Positions 1 to 9,259 of a stretch of DNA of 30,192 bases are shown here, piece by piece. A program made the position numbers and the translations under genes. Under the pieces are notes generated by a model. That model saw only the letters and a list, made by a program, of their open reading frames with translations, was not told the origin of the DNA and did no database searches. The DNA lies in the IMG/VR virus record IMGVR_UViG_3300029071_000017. One strand, 5' to 3'. Position 1 is the first letter of the stretch; the number at the start of each line of letters is the position of its first letter. The stretch comes from a virus. Its lineage: Duplodnaviria; Heunggongvirae; Uroviricota; Caudoviricetes.

Positions 1-618
1 GATGATTTCGGTGTATGACGACCAGAGCGTTTTGTTCTGCAGCTGGTCTGTGGTGCTGTCCGGCGTCATCCTGCGCATCCGGATATTGAACGGGCGCGGC
101 GGCAGGTTACCCACCACCACCGATGCCAGATACTGTGAGGTGGTTTTGCCTTTAATGGTGATGTCTTTTTCCGTCACCCAGCCACCATTACGCTGTATCT
201 GAACCAGCAGGCGGACTTCCGACGGATTCCGGTCCCCCTTTGAGGTGGTTTCCACCAGTGCCTGCACACCGAAGGTAAAGCGCAGACGGTCGATGTTTGC
301 AGACGTGATGGTCCGGGTAATCGGCGTGTCGTACTTCACTTCCGTACCCAGCACCGTCTCGGAGCCGGAGGATTCAAATCCCTCCGGCGGTGTCTGCTCC
401 TGCTCACCTGCCCGGAAAACCACCGTGACACCGGAGATATTGGTATTCCCCTCACTGTCCAGCACTGGCGTACTGTTCAGCAGCACACTTTTTAATCCGT
501 CCACCGGACCTTCAATCGGCCCTTCACTGATGGCGTCTATCACGCTCAGCATCTGCGTGGACTTCAGGTTGTCCTTCGCTTCGCGCGGGGTATGCCCCTT
601 ACTGCTGCCTTTACCCAT
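1..618 (-). CDS. J: Tail tip / host-specificity protein J, N-terminal part; gene runs off the left edge of the window
   Basis: Minus-strand translation from ~618 reads MGKGSSKGHTPREAKDNLKSTQMLSVIDAISEGPIEGPVDGLKSVL, near-identical to the lambda gpJ N-terminus as I recall it; GAGG Shine-Dalgarno upstream; no stop seen before the window edge in the stretches I translated. Confidence 0.8.
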   Translation of the reverse strand, partial: MGKGSSKGHTPREAKDNLKSTQMLSVIDAISEGPIEGPVDGLKSVLLNSTPVLDSEGNTNISGVTVVFRAGEQEQTPPEGFESSGSETVLGTEVKYDTPITRTITSANIDRLRFTFGVQALVETTSKGDRNPSEVRLLVQIQRNGGWVTEKDITIKGKTTSQYLASVVVGNLPPRPFNIRMRRMTPDSTTDQLQNKTLWSSYTEII

Positions 619-678
619 TCCTCACGCTCCAGAAACGACAAAACCGCCCTGAGGCGGTTTCACATAAAACGTTTTTCA

Positions 679-1326
679 TCAACGACCAATCACCACAACC
701 TGACCACCGTCCCCCTCGTCTGCCGTGCTGATCTCCTGAGAAGCCACCCGCGACCCCACGCGCATTTCACCGTACAGAACAGGCAGAACATTGCCCTGGG
801 CAACCATGTTATCCAGTGATGAGAAATAGGTGTTCTGCTTACCGTTATCCGTGCTGGTCGCTGTGGGCGTCCGGGCTTTCGGTGCCAGCATCTGGGCCAC
901 ACCACCCAGGATCATACTGGCCCCTGCCGCATACATGCCCGATACAGCCGCGGCACCCAGCCAGCCCACAGGGTTCCACCATGCCACCGCAATCAGCGCC
1001 GCACCCAGCACTGCCTGAAAAACACCGCCACTTTTAGCTCCCGCCAGACGCGGCACAATGTGGATCACGGCACCATTTGCCAGCGACTCATTAAGACGGG
1101 CAGATAATTCATTTTCGCCTGCATCACGCCCGGCAATGCGCACCTGATACCAGCCCTCATTCAGTTTCTGACGAAACGCCGGGAGCTGTGTGGACAACGC
1201 CCGGATGGCTTCAGCCCCCGTTTTTACACGAAGGTCGATGCGGCGGCCAAATCGTTGTAAATCCCCGTAAAGGCAGATGCGTGCCATGCCCGGTGACGCC
1301 AGAGGGAGTGTGTGCGTCGCTGCCAT
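679..1326 (-). CDS. I: Tail assembly protein I
   Basis: 215-aa ORF MAATHTLPLASPGMARICLYGDLQRFGRRIDLRV... matches lambda gpI along its length; sits between K and J as in lambda. Confidence 0.9.
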   Translation of the reverse strand: MAATHTLPLASPGMARICLYGDLQRFGRRIDLRVKTGAEAIRALSTQLPAFRQKLNEGWYQVRIAGRDAGENELSARLNESLANGAVIHIVPRLAGAKSGGVFQAVLGAALIAVAWWNPVGWLGAAAVSGMYAAGASMILGGVAQMLAPKARTPTATSTDNGKQNTYFSSLDNMVAQGNVLPVLYGEMRVGSRVASQEISTADEGDGGQVVVIGR

Positions 1327-1967
1327 TTGTCGGTATACCTCTCTCGTTTGCTCAGTTGTTCAGGAATATGGTGCAACAGCTCACCGTCGCCGCAGTAAAT
1401 GGCGGCATGATTCGGCACCGATGAACCAAAACAGCACAGCAGCACATCGCCCGGCTGCGCCGCTGACAACGGCACCTGATACAGCCCTGTGGCCTCCAGA
1501 TTATCCAGATAGAGATTCTGGCCGTTACACCACCAGTCATCCTCACGATGAAAGTCCGGCATCTCAATCCCCGCCAGATGATAAGCATCCCGGAACAGCG
1601 TGTAACAGTCCGTCACCCCGTGCTCAAAGCGCCGCCCGGTAAGATGCGGCACACAGCGGAATTTATGAATCTCACCCCGGCAGACCAGCCACCAAGGCAA
1701 ATTGCTCTGCACCTGCAGCCGCCTGTCAGCCTCACTCAGCCAGGGCAGACCACCGGGGTGGCTGTGGACCAGCGCCACAATCTCACCCTGCATCTCTGCC
1801 CGCAGCCAGTCCTCCGGCGACATCCGGAAATACGCCTCCGGCTCACCGGAGATATTCACGCAGGGAAAATATCTTTCCCCTTCCGGCGTTCTCACCACGA
1901 AGCCGCACGACTCCGCTGGCGCACATCGCCGGACGTGCGCCAGAATCGCTGATTCTGTCTGTGTCAT
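1224..1967 (-). CDS. K: Tail assembly protein K (JAB/NlpC-type)
   Basis: ORF 1224-2009; start set at internal Met (MTQTESAILAHVRRCAPAESCGFVV...), which matches the lambda gpK N-terminus; overlaps the start of I as in lambda. Confidence 0.85.
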   Translation of the reverse strand: MTQTESAILAHVRRCAPAESCGFVVRTPEGERYFPCVNISGEPEAYFRMSPEDWLRAEMQGEIVALVHSHPGGLPWLSEADRRLQVQSNLPWWLVCRGEIHKFRCVPHLTGRRFEHGVTDCYTLFRDAYHLAGIEMPDFHREDDWWCNGQNLYLDNLEATGLYQVPLSAAQPGDVLLCCFGSSVPNHAAIYCGDGELLHHIPEQLSKRERYTDKWQRRTHSLWRHRAWHASAFTGIYNDLAAASTFV

Positions 1968-1971
1968 GGGA

Positions 1972-2670
1972 TTACTGCGAAAGTTTGTTAATGGAAAGGA
2001 AGCCGCCAAAGTTGCCGACGTTATTGCGAAACTTACAGCCGCTCAGGCATTTGCTGCATTTATCCTTCGTGATATCGGACGTCGGCTGGTCATATTCATC
2101 CGCGACAGCCGGACCATGATAACCGCACTCATCACCGCGATAGGTCCAGGTGCAGGTGTTGGCCAGCATGATGCGCCCCGGAAAAACAGCACCATCCGTT
2201 TCCGTCGGTGTGGAGAGCACAAAGGAGGCACTGACCGCACTCAGTTCGCTGCACTGCTCGATGCGCCAGCGGCTGATCACCTCCTGCTCCGGATCGGCGT
2301 CGCTGTTTCCGTTGACGAAGTTCACCGCATCCAGAAAACGGGCGTAAACCTTACGCCTGACCACCGTTCCGCCGACCAGACTCTGCAGGTCTTCCGCCAT
2401 CCCGGTGACCATGCCGTGCAGGTTAGAGACCGTCAGTGTCGGACGGGCAGCACTGCCCTTACCGTTCAGTTCAAATCCCGTCCCCTGAATGGGGTATGCC
2501 TGATACTGCCGCCCCTGCCAGGTGACCGGCTCACCTTTTTCGTTCTGCTCATTACAGAAAAAATAACGTTCACCACCGACCTCTGTCAGATCGATTTCCC
2601 AGAGCACCACCAGGGCTGACTGAGTAAGGCGTGTCGTCTCATGATGTGTTTCCTGTGGAATATCCTGCAT
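1972..2670 (-). CDS. L: Minor tail protein L
   Basis: 232-aa ORF MQDIPQETHHETTRLTQSALVVLWEIDL... matches lambda gpL, including the C-terminal Cys cluster. Confidence 0.9.
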   Translation of the reverse strand: MQDIPQETHHETTRLTQSALVVLWEIDLTEVGGERYFFCNEQNEKGEPVTWQGRQYQAYPIQGTGFELNGKGSAARPTLTVSNLHGMVTGMAEDLQSLVGGTVVRRKVYARFLDAVNFVNGNSDADPEQEVISRWRIEQCSELSAVSASFVLSTPTETDGAVFPGRIMLANTCTWTYRGDECGYHGPAVADEYDQPTSDITKDKCSKCLSGCKFRNNVGNFGGFLSINKLSQ

Positions 2671-2679
2671 CAGGGCCTC

Positions 2680-3009
2680 CTATGCCACGACCTGTTCAAA
2701 ATCTGCCGTTATGGTTACCCACAGCGCCCCCACGCTTGCCGACCATTTACGACAAACCACCCTGATCGGCCTCCAGTCATAAGGTGGCGTCCACTGAAAT
2801 GCGCGGACGCCACCGTGCCGTTCCAGAAAGGCTTTTAAAGATGGGTGTTCACATTTACGAACACGTATCGTCACGCTGTAAGTCGACAACTGGTTATTCA
2901 GTCCCGCCGCACGACGCTGTTCATAACCATCGCCCAGCTTCACTGTCACCACTTTCGGCTCTGATACCACATTCATATCCGGGCGCACTTTCCAGTGAAA
3001 CGTCTCCAT
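2680..3009 (-). CDS. M: Minor tail protein M
   Basis: 109-aa ORF METFHWKVRPDMNVVSEPKVVTVKLGDGYEQRR... matches lambda gpM; its start overlaps the H stop. Confidence 0.9.
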   Translation of the reverse strand: METFHWKVRPDMNVVSEPKVVTVKLGDGYEQRRAAGLNNQLSTYSVTIRVRKCEHPSLKAFLERHGGVRAFQWTPPYDWRPIRVVCRKWSASVGALWVTITADFEQVVA

Positions 3010-6000
3010 TACCGATATGCTCCACTTAACCGACCACCATCACGGGCCTGCTGTTGCATAAAGTCCGCTGCAGCTTTTTTCCCGAGGTCATAAACCACCT
3101 TCAGGGCAGCCGGACCTATCTGCCCGTTCGTGCCATCGTTATTGATCTCGATGTTGTACTGCGGGGCAAACATCGCCATACCTGAACCACCAATATCCGC
3201 CACAACCCCCAGCTTACCGTCAGCACCACGACGCAGAGGCAGAATGGCTTCAGGCCCAGCTTCCCCCATCACACCTGCACCTTTTGCAAAAGCAAAAAAC
3301 GTCGGACGGTTAACCACCGTGCCACTGTAGCGACTCAAATCAGCAGACTGATAAACACCACCATCAGCATTGGGCGTCACACTGGCAGTTGCTGCACTCC
3401 CCCAGCCAAACGCCGAACCAATCCCCTTAACTGCCTGCATCATGGACATCTGGGCCATGATTTTTGCTAGATCAGAAAGGAGCGAGGCGGTAAAAGATTT
3501 GAAGTTCAGTTTTCCGGTAGTACAGAACGTTGCCAGTGCATTACCTGCACTGTTAAATGCCGCTGTAAGCATCTGCTCAGCAGTGCCTGCCGCATTATCC
3601 GCATCTGCCGTGAAATTCTGAAACGCCCGCATGGCACCGTTTTTCCAGTTACCCTGAGCAATTTCAAGCTGTTGCCAGTAACGGCGATTCTCATTCAGTT
3701 GTCGGTTCAGGCTCTCCGTCAGCGCCTGCTCGGCCTTTCTGTAGTCATCCGTGTTATATGTCCCTTTCTGCTCACTATCCCGCCTCAACTGCTCCAGCTG
3801 TTGCTGGTATTTCTGGCGAAGACTCAGTTGTACCTGATATCGCTGCCGCTGCTGATCACCCATACCCACCGTGGCGATATCCAGGTCATGTTGCTGACGC
3901 TGAGCGCGCTCTTCTTCAGCCAGTTGACTGGTCAGTTGAATTGTTTTTTTCTTCAGCTCGTTGAGTGCCGTCTGTTTCTGAAGCTCCTGCTGTTTTACAT
4001 CCAGCAGCGTCAATGCCTGAATCAGTTCATCTTTACGGGCAAGCACACTCTTTTCATCTGCCGTCAGTTTTTTCCCGTCCAGGTCGCTGATGCGCTGCTG
4101 CAGAGCCAGAAGCTGTTTATGCGCTTCTGTCATCTTTTCAGTGGCAATGCCTGCTGACTGTCTGGCAGCAGCAATCTGCCCTTCCACCTGTGCCTGTTGC
4201 TGACTGTACTGCAGCAATAACCGGGTGGCCTCATCATTACGGGTTTCGCGTGTTTTTTTCTTACCGGATGCCAGGGCTTTCTCGTAACGTTCATTTTCAC
4301 GTTGTATCGCCGCATCCCTGACAGCCTGATCGGCGTACTGCATGGCATTAATACGCGCAATTTCACGCTGATGTCGTGCTGCTTCCGTTTCATTCATCCG
4401 GTTCAGTGCAGCATTTTCAGCATTACGGCGTTTCTGTTGCTCCTGATAATTCCGCTCTGCCTGCTCTTTTGCATCCTGCAAATCCTTCTGGCGTTTTTTC
4501 TCCTGAAGATCGTTAAGACGCTGCTGATCGTATTCAACCTGAGAAGATGATGCCGTCCAGGGGAGTCTTTTCGCCCGCGACACTTTCTCCTGTAAAGCGG
4601 CAATCTGTTCATCCAGCGAGTCTTCACGACCAATATTCATGGCCGCATCCCAGAACTGCTTCCACCAGTCAGACAAGGTTTGCAGCGTGCTACCCAGCGC
4701 ATTGAGGTTATTATCAATATCCGCAGTACGCCGACCGGTTTCCTCTGCCAGTGCAGACATGGCTATCCGTGCAGCATCACTGGACCGTCCCTGATCCCCA
4801 AGGACGCGTATCTGCTCAAGCTGAGTGGCAGTAAGAAAATGCAGCTCATTGTCCAGAGCCTTCGCGGCATTTACAGGATCATCCTTCAGCCGCTTAAACT
4901 GACTTATGGTATCGCTGACCGACTGGCCAACCGATCGCTCCATCTGTGCGGCAGCTCTCGCCACCATACCGATATCGTTTCCACGAAATGCACCACTCCC
5001 CACCACCTGAGCCAGCGCACCGGCTGCAGCATGTTGCGTGATACCATTCCCGGAAATAGCACGACTGAGCGTCCACAGTTGCCCGGCAGTGACTCCGGCA
5101 TAATGCCCCGTCAGCGACAACTGGCGGTTAAATTCTTCCCCCTCCTTCTGACCGTCATACCAGGCTTTACCCAGACCATAGACGGCCGCGGCAATACCGC
5201 CAATAACCCCGCCCAGCATCATGCCTTTCGGTGACATCAGTGTGTCTATCCATCCGGCACGGTTAGCCAGCGTTATCCCGGATCCCCTCAGCGCACCTAA
5301 ATTGCCGCGGGCCAGTTCACCTATCAGAACGCCTATCTCCTGGCGGGCCGCTGCACTTTTCAGACCCAGCGAATGCGTGGCTTTTCCTGCCTGCTCCATT
5401 TTGCGGATATACACTTCTGCAGCACTGCTTACCCCCAGTTGGGCAGCCTTAGCACGAAGCAACTCAGAAGAAGAAAGATTCTGGCGGGTTGCCTGCTCTT
5501 TAAGCTGACGGATAAACGCCACTTTCTGTCGGGTAGACTCTTCCTCAGCCTGTGTAAGAACACGGGTTTTCGCAGTAACCTCAGAAATCAGCGCCAGATA
5601 ATCCTGCTGACCAATCCCGCCACTGTTTCTGGCCTGTCGGATCTGCTGCTGAATACGCTGTAATTCCTGCAGCCCCGCACTGGCCTGTTTCACACTGTCA
5701 ATCTGACGATAAAACGCAGCAGCCGCTTTATCCTGAGCCTCCGCCAGAGCCATGGCCTGCGCCTGTTCCTCGCGCATTTTCTGGCTCAGCGCCTCCATGC
5801 GCTGGTGGGTTTTCTCCACCTCGCGGGCCATGCGTTCATGAGCCTGTGCGTTCTTCTCCACCGTCTGCGCATGGACGGATGCGGCTGTTGCAGCCGAAGA
5901 AGCCGCCTGCGTTGTCTGCCGGGCGGCCTGAGTCTGACGCTCCATAAAACGCTGCATACGGGCAGAAGACCGTTCTGCATCGCTGGCTGCACCATTCAGA

Positions 6001-6083
6001 AGGTTTTTGATACGGGGGATTTCATTTTTAAACTCTGCCGCATCAATCCCCAAATCAATGACCAGGTTGGCTATCTGGTCCAT
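3009..6083 (-). CDS. H: Tail tape-measure protein H (about 1024 aa, longer than lambda H)
   Basis: Long coiled-coil-rich ORF; C-terminus ...EINNDGTNGQIGPAALKVVYD... resembles the lambda gpH C-terminus; start placed at Met 11 (MDQIANLVIDLGIDAAEF), which resembles the lambda H N-terminus. Confidence 0.85.
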   Translation of the reverse strand: MDQIANLVIDLGIDAAEFKNEIPRIKNLLNGAASDAERSSARMQRFMERQTQAARQTTQAASSAATAASVHAQTVEKNAQAHERMAREVEKTHQRMEALSQKMREEQAQAMALAEAQDKAAAAFYRQIDSVKQASAGLQELQRIQQQIRQARNSGGIGQQDYLALISEVTAKTRVLTQAEEESTRQKVAFIRQLKEQATRQNLSSSELLRAKAAQLGVSSAAEVYIRKMEQAGKATHSLGLKSAAARQEIGVLIGELARGNLGALRGSGITLANRAGWIDTLMSPKGMMLGGVIGGIAAAVYGLGKAWYDGQKEGEEFNRQLSLTGHYAGVTAGQLWTLSRAISGNGITQHAAAGALAQVVGSGAFRGNDIGMVARAAAQMERSVGQSVSDTISQFKRLKDDPVNAAKALDNELHFLTATQLEQIRVLGDQGRSSDAARIAMSALAEETGRRTADIDNNLNALGSTLQTLSDWWKQFWDAAMNIGREDSLDEQIAALQEKVSRAKRLPWTASSSQVEYDQQRLNDLQEKKRQKDLQDAKEQAERNYQEQQKRRNAENAALNRMNETEAARHQREIARINAMQYADQAVRDAAIQRENERYEKALASGKKKTRETRNDEATRLLLQYSQQQAQVEGQIAAARQSAGIATEKMTEAHKQLLALQQRISDLDGKKLTADEKSVLARKDELIQALTLLDVKQQELQKQTALNELKKKTIQLTSQLAEEERAQRQQHDLDIATVGMGDQQRQRYQVQLSLRQKYQQQLEQLRRDSEQKGTYNTDDYRKAEQALTESLNRQLNENRRYWQQLEIAQGNWKNGAMRAFQNFTADADNAAGTAEQMLTAAFNSAGNALATFCTTGKLNFKSFTASLLSDLAKIMAQMSMMQAVKGIGSAFGWGSAATASVTPNADGGVYQSADLSRYSGTVVNRPTFFAFAKGAGVMGEAGPEAILPLRRGADGKLGVVADIGGSGMAMFAPQYNIEINNDGTNGQIGPAALKVVYDLGKKAAADFMQQQARDGGRLSGAYR

Positions 6084-6405
6084 AACGCACACCTCCGGAA
6101 ATACCTTCCCCAAGATGCATCAGTTCTTCGTCCGTTCGCTCCGGTATCCCGTTCTCTTCCGGTAAAAGGCTGAAATCAGCCACCGCAGCATCACTGCTGC
6201 CGGACACCATTCTCACGATCAATGCCTTCAGCGAGGCAAACTGCGCATCCATCCACACATCACTGAAGCTCTGCATCCGGAAATAATCGCCCCACTCACC
6301 AAGCTCAGTGGCCGACATTTCCGACAGCATCCGCCGCCAGTCTGCCCGCCGGAACTCCCGGGCAAGCCGCATGACAAACTGCATTTCCCGCGTCAGGACT
6401 TTTCC
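6055..6405 (-). CDS. T: T segment of tail assembly chaperone G-T, reached by programmed -1 frameshift from G
   Basis: ORF 6055-6384 lies in the -1 frame relative to G and stays open upstream to about 6417; a GGAAAAG slippery-like heptamer sits at the 3' end of G (about 6399-6405), at the position of the lambda G-T shift site. Confidence 0.6.
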   Translation of the reverse strand, partial: GKVLTREMQFVMRLAREFRRADWRRMLSEMSATELGEWGDYFRMQSFSDVWMDAQFASLKALIVRMVSGSSDAAVADFSLLPEENGIPERTDEELMHLGEGISGGVRYGPDSQPGH

Positions 6406-6779
6406 GGCGTCAGCGCCTCATGCTCATCATCCCCGGCATTATCAATGGTCCCCATACCGCTCAGCGACAGAACCATCTCCGCCCCCGCACCCAGGGCATC
6501 ATACGACCATGTTGTAATAACGGATGCGCAAAGCGTCTCTACATCCTTAGACTGATCCGCATTCCACAGTGAGCGGGAAACCAGCCAGGCATTGATATCC
6601 ATCCCCATCCGCAGAAAAGCAATCTGTCGTTCAGCCTCCGGCAGTTCTCCCTCTTCGGCATCAAACTTTGCCGTTCGCTGCTGAACAAACGCCAGATATT
6701 CAATTCTCTGCAGCCCGGACAGCTCACTGAGCACCACGGACTGCTTTTCATAATTAAACGTGCCCTGTTTCAGAAACAT
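6393..6779 (-). CDS. G: Tail assembly chaperone G
   Basis: ORF 6393-6821; real start probably the MMFLKQGTFNYEKQ Met (cf. lambda G MFLK...) with GGAG 6 nt upstream; the ORF-track N-terminal extension runs through a terminator hairpin. Confidence 0.8.
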   Translation of the reverse strand: MFLKQGTFNYEKQSVVLSELSGLQRIEYLAFVQQRTAKFDAEEGELPEAERQIAFLRMGMDINAWLVSRSLWNADQSKDVETLCASVITTWSYDALGAGAEMVLSLSGMGTIDNAGDDEHEALTPEKS

Positions 6780-6794
6780 CATGTTCTCCACCTG

Positions 6795-6820
6795 CAAAAA
6801 AGCCCCGGATAACCGGGGCA
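6795..6820 (-). terminator. Intrinsic terminator (or attenuator) between major tail gene V and G
   Basis: Minus strand: GCCCCGG-TTAT-CCGGGGC hairpin followed by a run of 6-7 T, just downstream of the V stop and upstream of the G RBS. Approximate coordinates. Confidence 0.6.
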
Positions 6821-6839
6821 AATGATGAGTATCGTCCTG

Positions 6840-7583
6840 TTAACCTGCGGCGCTGACAGCCACCGTAGCCACTGCCACAAAATCGCCGTCAGAAGTCATG
6901 CCCACAATGCTGACACTGCCCTGCTTCACGCCTTTCACCGTGGCCACAAGCCCGTTCAGGGTCACCGTGGCAGTCTGTGGATCTGTCGAATGCACACTGA
7001 TCGCTTTGTCACTGGCTCCGTCAGGTTTTACTGTAAAGGTCAGCGTGGTGGTTGCTCCCACTTTTACACTGGCAGATGCCGGTGCCACCGTCAGCCCGGT
7101 AACGCCCACAGTTTCAGTGCCTTCCTCTGCCAGATACGGACGCCCCACACCGCTGATTTTCACTGTGCGGGTCATCACGTCTTTTGAGGCAATGGTTTTA
7201 CCCAGTGAGCTCAGCCAGCCACGGAAAACATCAACAGTGCCGTTGGGATATTTGATACGAAACGCACAGACTTCACCGGAGTCGAACAACTGAACCAGTT
7301 TTTTCTGCCCGCTGTCACCCGGACGCCAGGCCAGCGTCGCCGAAGTATCACCAACGGATTTCTGCCCCTGGGTTGTCGTTTTCCAGTCTGCATCTTCATC
7401 ATCGAGATAAGTGTCATCTTCTGCATCAGCAGTCATTTCGCCAGGTTGCAGATCCTTCACCATCGCAAGACGCAGCCAGTCAGTGTCCGACAAAGGGTTC
7501 GCAAATGCGTCGCCGTTGCCGGTATACATCCAGAACGTCGTTCCCGCACCTTTCGTTTTTGCCAGTGGATTTGGTGTGGTCAT
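6840..7583 (-). CDS. V: Major tail protein V with C-terminal Ig-like domain
   Basis: ORF 6840-7658; start set at MTTPNPLAKTKGAGTTFWMY, preceded by AAGGAGGT; matches lambda gpV including ...NGTVDVFRGW.... Confidence 0.9.
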   Translation of the reverse strand: MTTPNPLAKTKGAGTTFWMYTGNGDAFANPLSDTDWLRLAMVKDLQPGEMTADAEDDTYLDDEDADWKTTTQGQKSVGDTSATLAWRPGDSGQKKLVQLFDSGEVCAFRIKYPNGTVDVFRGWLSSLGKTIASKDVMTRTVKISGVGRPYLAEEGTETVGVTGLTVAPASASVKVGATTTLTFTVKPDGASDKAISVHSTDPQTATVTLNGLVATVKGVKQGSVSIVGMTSDGDFVAVATVAVSAAG

Positions 7584-7593
7584 TACCACCTCC

Positions 7594-7995
7594 TTAATTC
7601 GTGTACGTGATCTGGTACGTGATTTCCGCCATCGCCCAGGTGGCCATCTCATTATCACGTTGATAGTTAAAACCGAGTGGGATCAGGGTGTCGATGAGTC
7701 CGGAAAGTGCCGGTACATCATTCAGGGCCGGGAAAATGGTGCTCTCCATCCACATATCCAGCTCTGAATCCGGTGCCTGTGCCCGGATGAAGACAGCAAT
7801 ATGCAGAACAGCCTGCCAGTCATCTTCATCCGTCATTTTTCCGGTGTACTGAGCATCACTCAGCCACACCGCCACGGCAGGCAGTTCCTGCGCATCAACA
7901 AATGCCGGAAGCCCGTCAAAAAACGTGGCGCTGTCTCCACACTGTTCCCGAAGGCGTGCCAGTACGACCTGGCGGATTTGTGTATGTCGGTTCAT
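7594..7995 (-). CDS. U: Tail terminator protein U
   Basis: Resembles lambda gpU (ATFFDG...PAVAVWL...ELDMWMES); start chosen at MNRHTQ, which gives an ATGA overlap with the Z stop. Confidence 0.85.
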   Translation of the reverse strand: MNRHTQIRQVVLARLREQCGDSATFFDGLPAFVDAQELPAVAVWLSDAQYTGKMTDEDDWQAVLHIAVFIRAQAPDSELDMWMESTIFPALNDVPALSGLIDTLIPLGFNYQRDNEMATWAMAEITYQITYTN

Positions 7996-8570
7996 CGGGT
8001 CAGCCATAACCTCAGTTGTTGTTTCAGTGCATACCCCAACTGTTTCGGCATTTCCGCAGCAATGATGCGGTCGCGGGCATCTTCAAATGCCTGTGTCAGC
8101 GGTCCGGACAACGGGATTTTCACCACATCAATGGGGTAACGATTTTTGCCATCAATACGCCGCATCACATGCCAGCGACCATTCGCCAGTTGCTGAATAA
8201 ACGCATCCCGGAAAAGATATTTACCCACCTTCAGCACACTGCCACGGTACTGCAGTTTTCCACCACGCCGGGCCAGTCTGACCCTGGCTGTCCCCAGCTT
8301 AATGGCGGGCAGATTGCCCCGGTTAACGCGGATCCTGGCCGTCATTTTTCCTGACGGACTGGCTTTAAACACCCGGACACGCTGACGTACCAGTTTCAGG
8401 GGGATCCCTTTCACCTGGTTATCTCCCGCAACGGTATTCCCGGCAACCTGCCGGGTGGCAACCGAGACCGCTTTCTGTGCCACACGGTTTATCGCCCATG
8501 CGCTGGCCTGTGGCACCATACGGGTATCAAGGCTGTTCAGATTGCGGATGGCATTCTCAAGCCCCTTCAT
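7992..8570 (-). CDS. Z: Tail completion protein Z
   Basis: 192-aa ORF at the lambda gpZ position, same length, similar sequence. Confidence 0.8.
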   Translation of the reverse strand: MKGLENAIRNLNSLDTRMVPQASAWAINRVAQKAVSVATRQVAGNTVAGDNQVKGIPLKLVRQRVRVFKASPSGKMTARIRVNRGNLPAIKLGTARVRLARRGGKLQYRGSVLKVGKYLFRDAFIQQLANGRWHVMRRIDGKNRYPIDVVKIPLSGPLTQAFEDARDRIIAAEMPKQLGYALKQQLRLWLTR

Positions 8571-8581
8571 CCCACACCTCT

Positions 8582-8857
8582 TTACTCAATAAAGATCATT
8601 GGCTTACCGTTAAAGCGTTCATGCCGTGTGACCGTCCATTGTTGTCTGTCATAAACAACGCGATCCCCGCGCCGTGGGCGGTATCCCGAAGAAAACACCA
8701 CCAGAGAGACCGCAGGTCCGGACAGAGCATTCAGCTCTGCCAGTGTTTCTCCCGGGATCACAGTCATATCGACATCATTAATCGAGGCTGTCTTTCCCAT
8801 CTTTCTGACCGTGATCGCATCCATACGCGCTGCCAGCCGGGAAAAGGGATCAGACAT
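8582..8857 (-). CDS. Head-tail joining protein (at the lambda FII position)
   Basis: 91-aa ORF between the head module and Z; called by synteny only, the sequence is not lambda FII. Confidence 0.45.
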   Translation of the reverse strand: MSDPFSRLAARMDAITVRKMGKTASINDVDMTVIPGETLAELNALSGPAVSLVVFSSGYRPRRGDRVVYDRQQWTVTRHERFNGKPMIFIE

Positions 8858-9173
8858 TGAGTTTTACCGGCACTTCTTCTGCACTGGTTCCGGCATCTGC
8901 CCAGACAACCCCGACCAGCGGATCAGAGCCGCTGTTAGTCAGCTGAACTTTTCCGGACTTCAGATAAACCTTCTTACCCGTTTTCATGTCATCCGTTTTC
9001 AGCTTAGGCAGCATAAACACACCTTCGGTCATGCCGTCGCCTGTTTCACCCTGTGGAATATCGGTCAGCGCCACCGCAAAAACATCACCCACCTGCACCA
9101 GATCTCCGCTGCTGATGGCTGCACTGGCAACAATCGCCACCGTTTTTCCTTCTTCTACAAAATTCTTTGCCAT
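8850..9173 (-). CDS. Small head protein (decoration/DUF2190-like), start at MAKNF
   Basis: ORF 8850-9218; internal Met preceded by GGAG; lies directly downstream of the capsid gene and its terminator. Confidence 0.45.
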   Translation of the reverse strand: MAKNFVEEGKTVAIVASAAISSGDLVQVGDVFAVALTDIPQGETGDGMTEGVFMLPKLKTDDMKTGKKVYLKSGKVQLTNSGSDPLVGVVWADAGTSAEEVPVKLNV

Positions 9174-9187
9174 AACTGTCTCCGCAC

Positions 9188-9236
9188 AGCCCCGTTCAGG
9201 GGCTGATTTCAGGTACAAAAAAAGCCCTTACGGGCC
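9188..9236 (-). terminator. Intrinsic terminator downstream of the capsid gene
   Basis: Minus strand: GCCC-GTAA-GGGC hairpin followed by TTTTTTT about 25 nt after the capsid stop, then a second hairpin AGCCCC-TGAAC-GGGGCT. Approximate coordinates. Confidence 0.55.
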
Positions 9237-9259
9237 ATCAGAGTTGTTGTCTGCGACGT

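Noticed and set aside
1702-2619. 305-aa plus-strand ORF antisense to tail genes K and L
   Set aside because: Entirely antisense to two genes with strong lambda homology; Arg/Pro-rich composition typical of antisense frames in GC-rich coding DNA.
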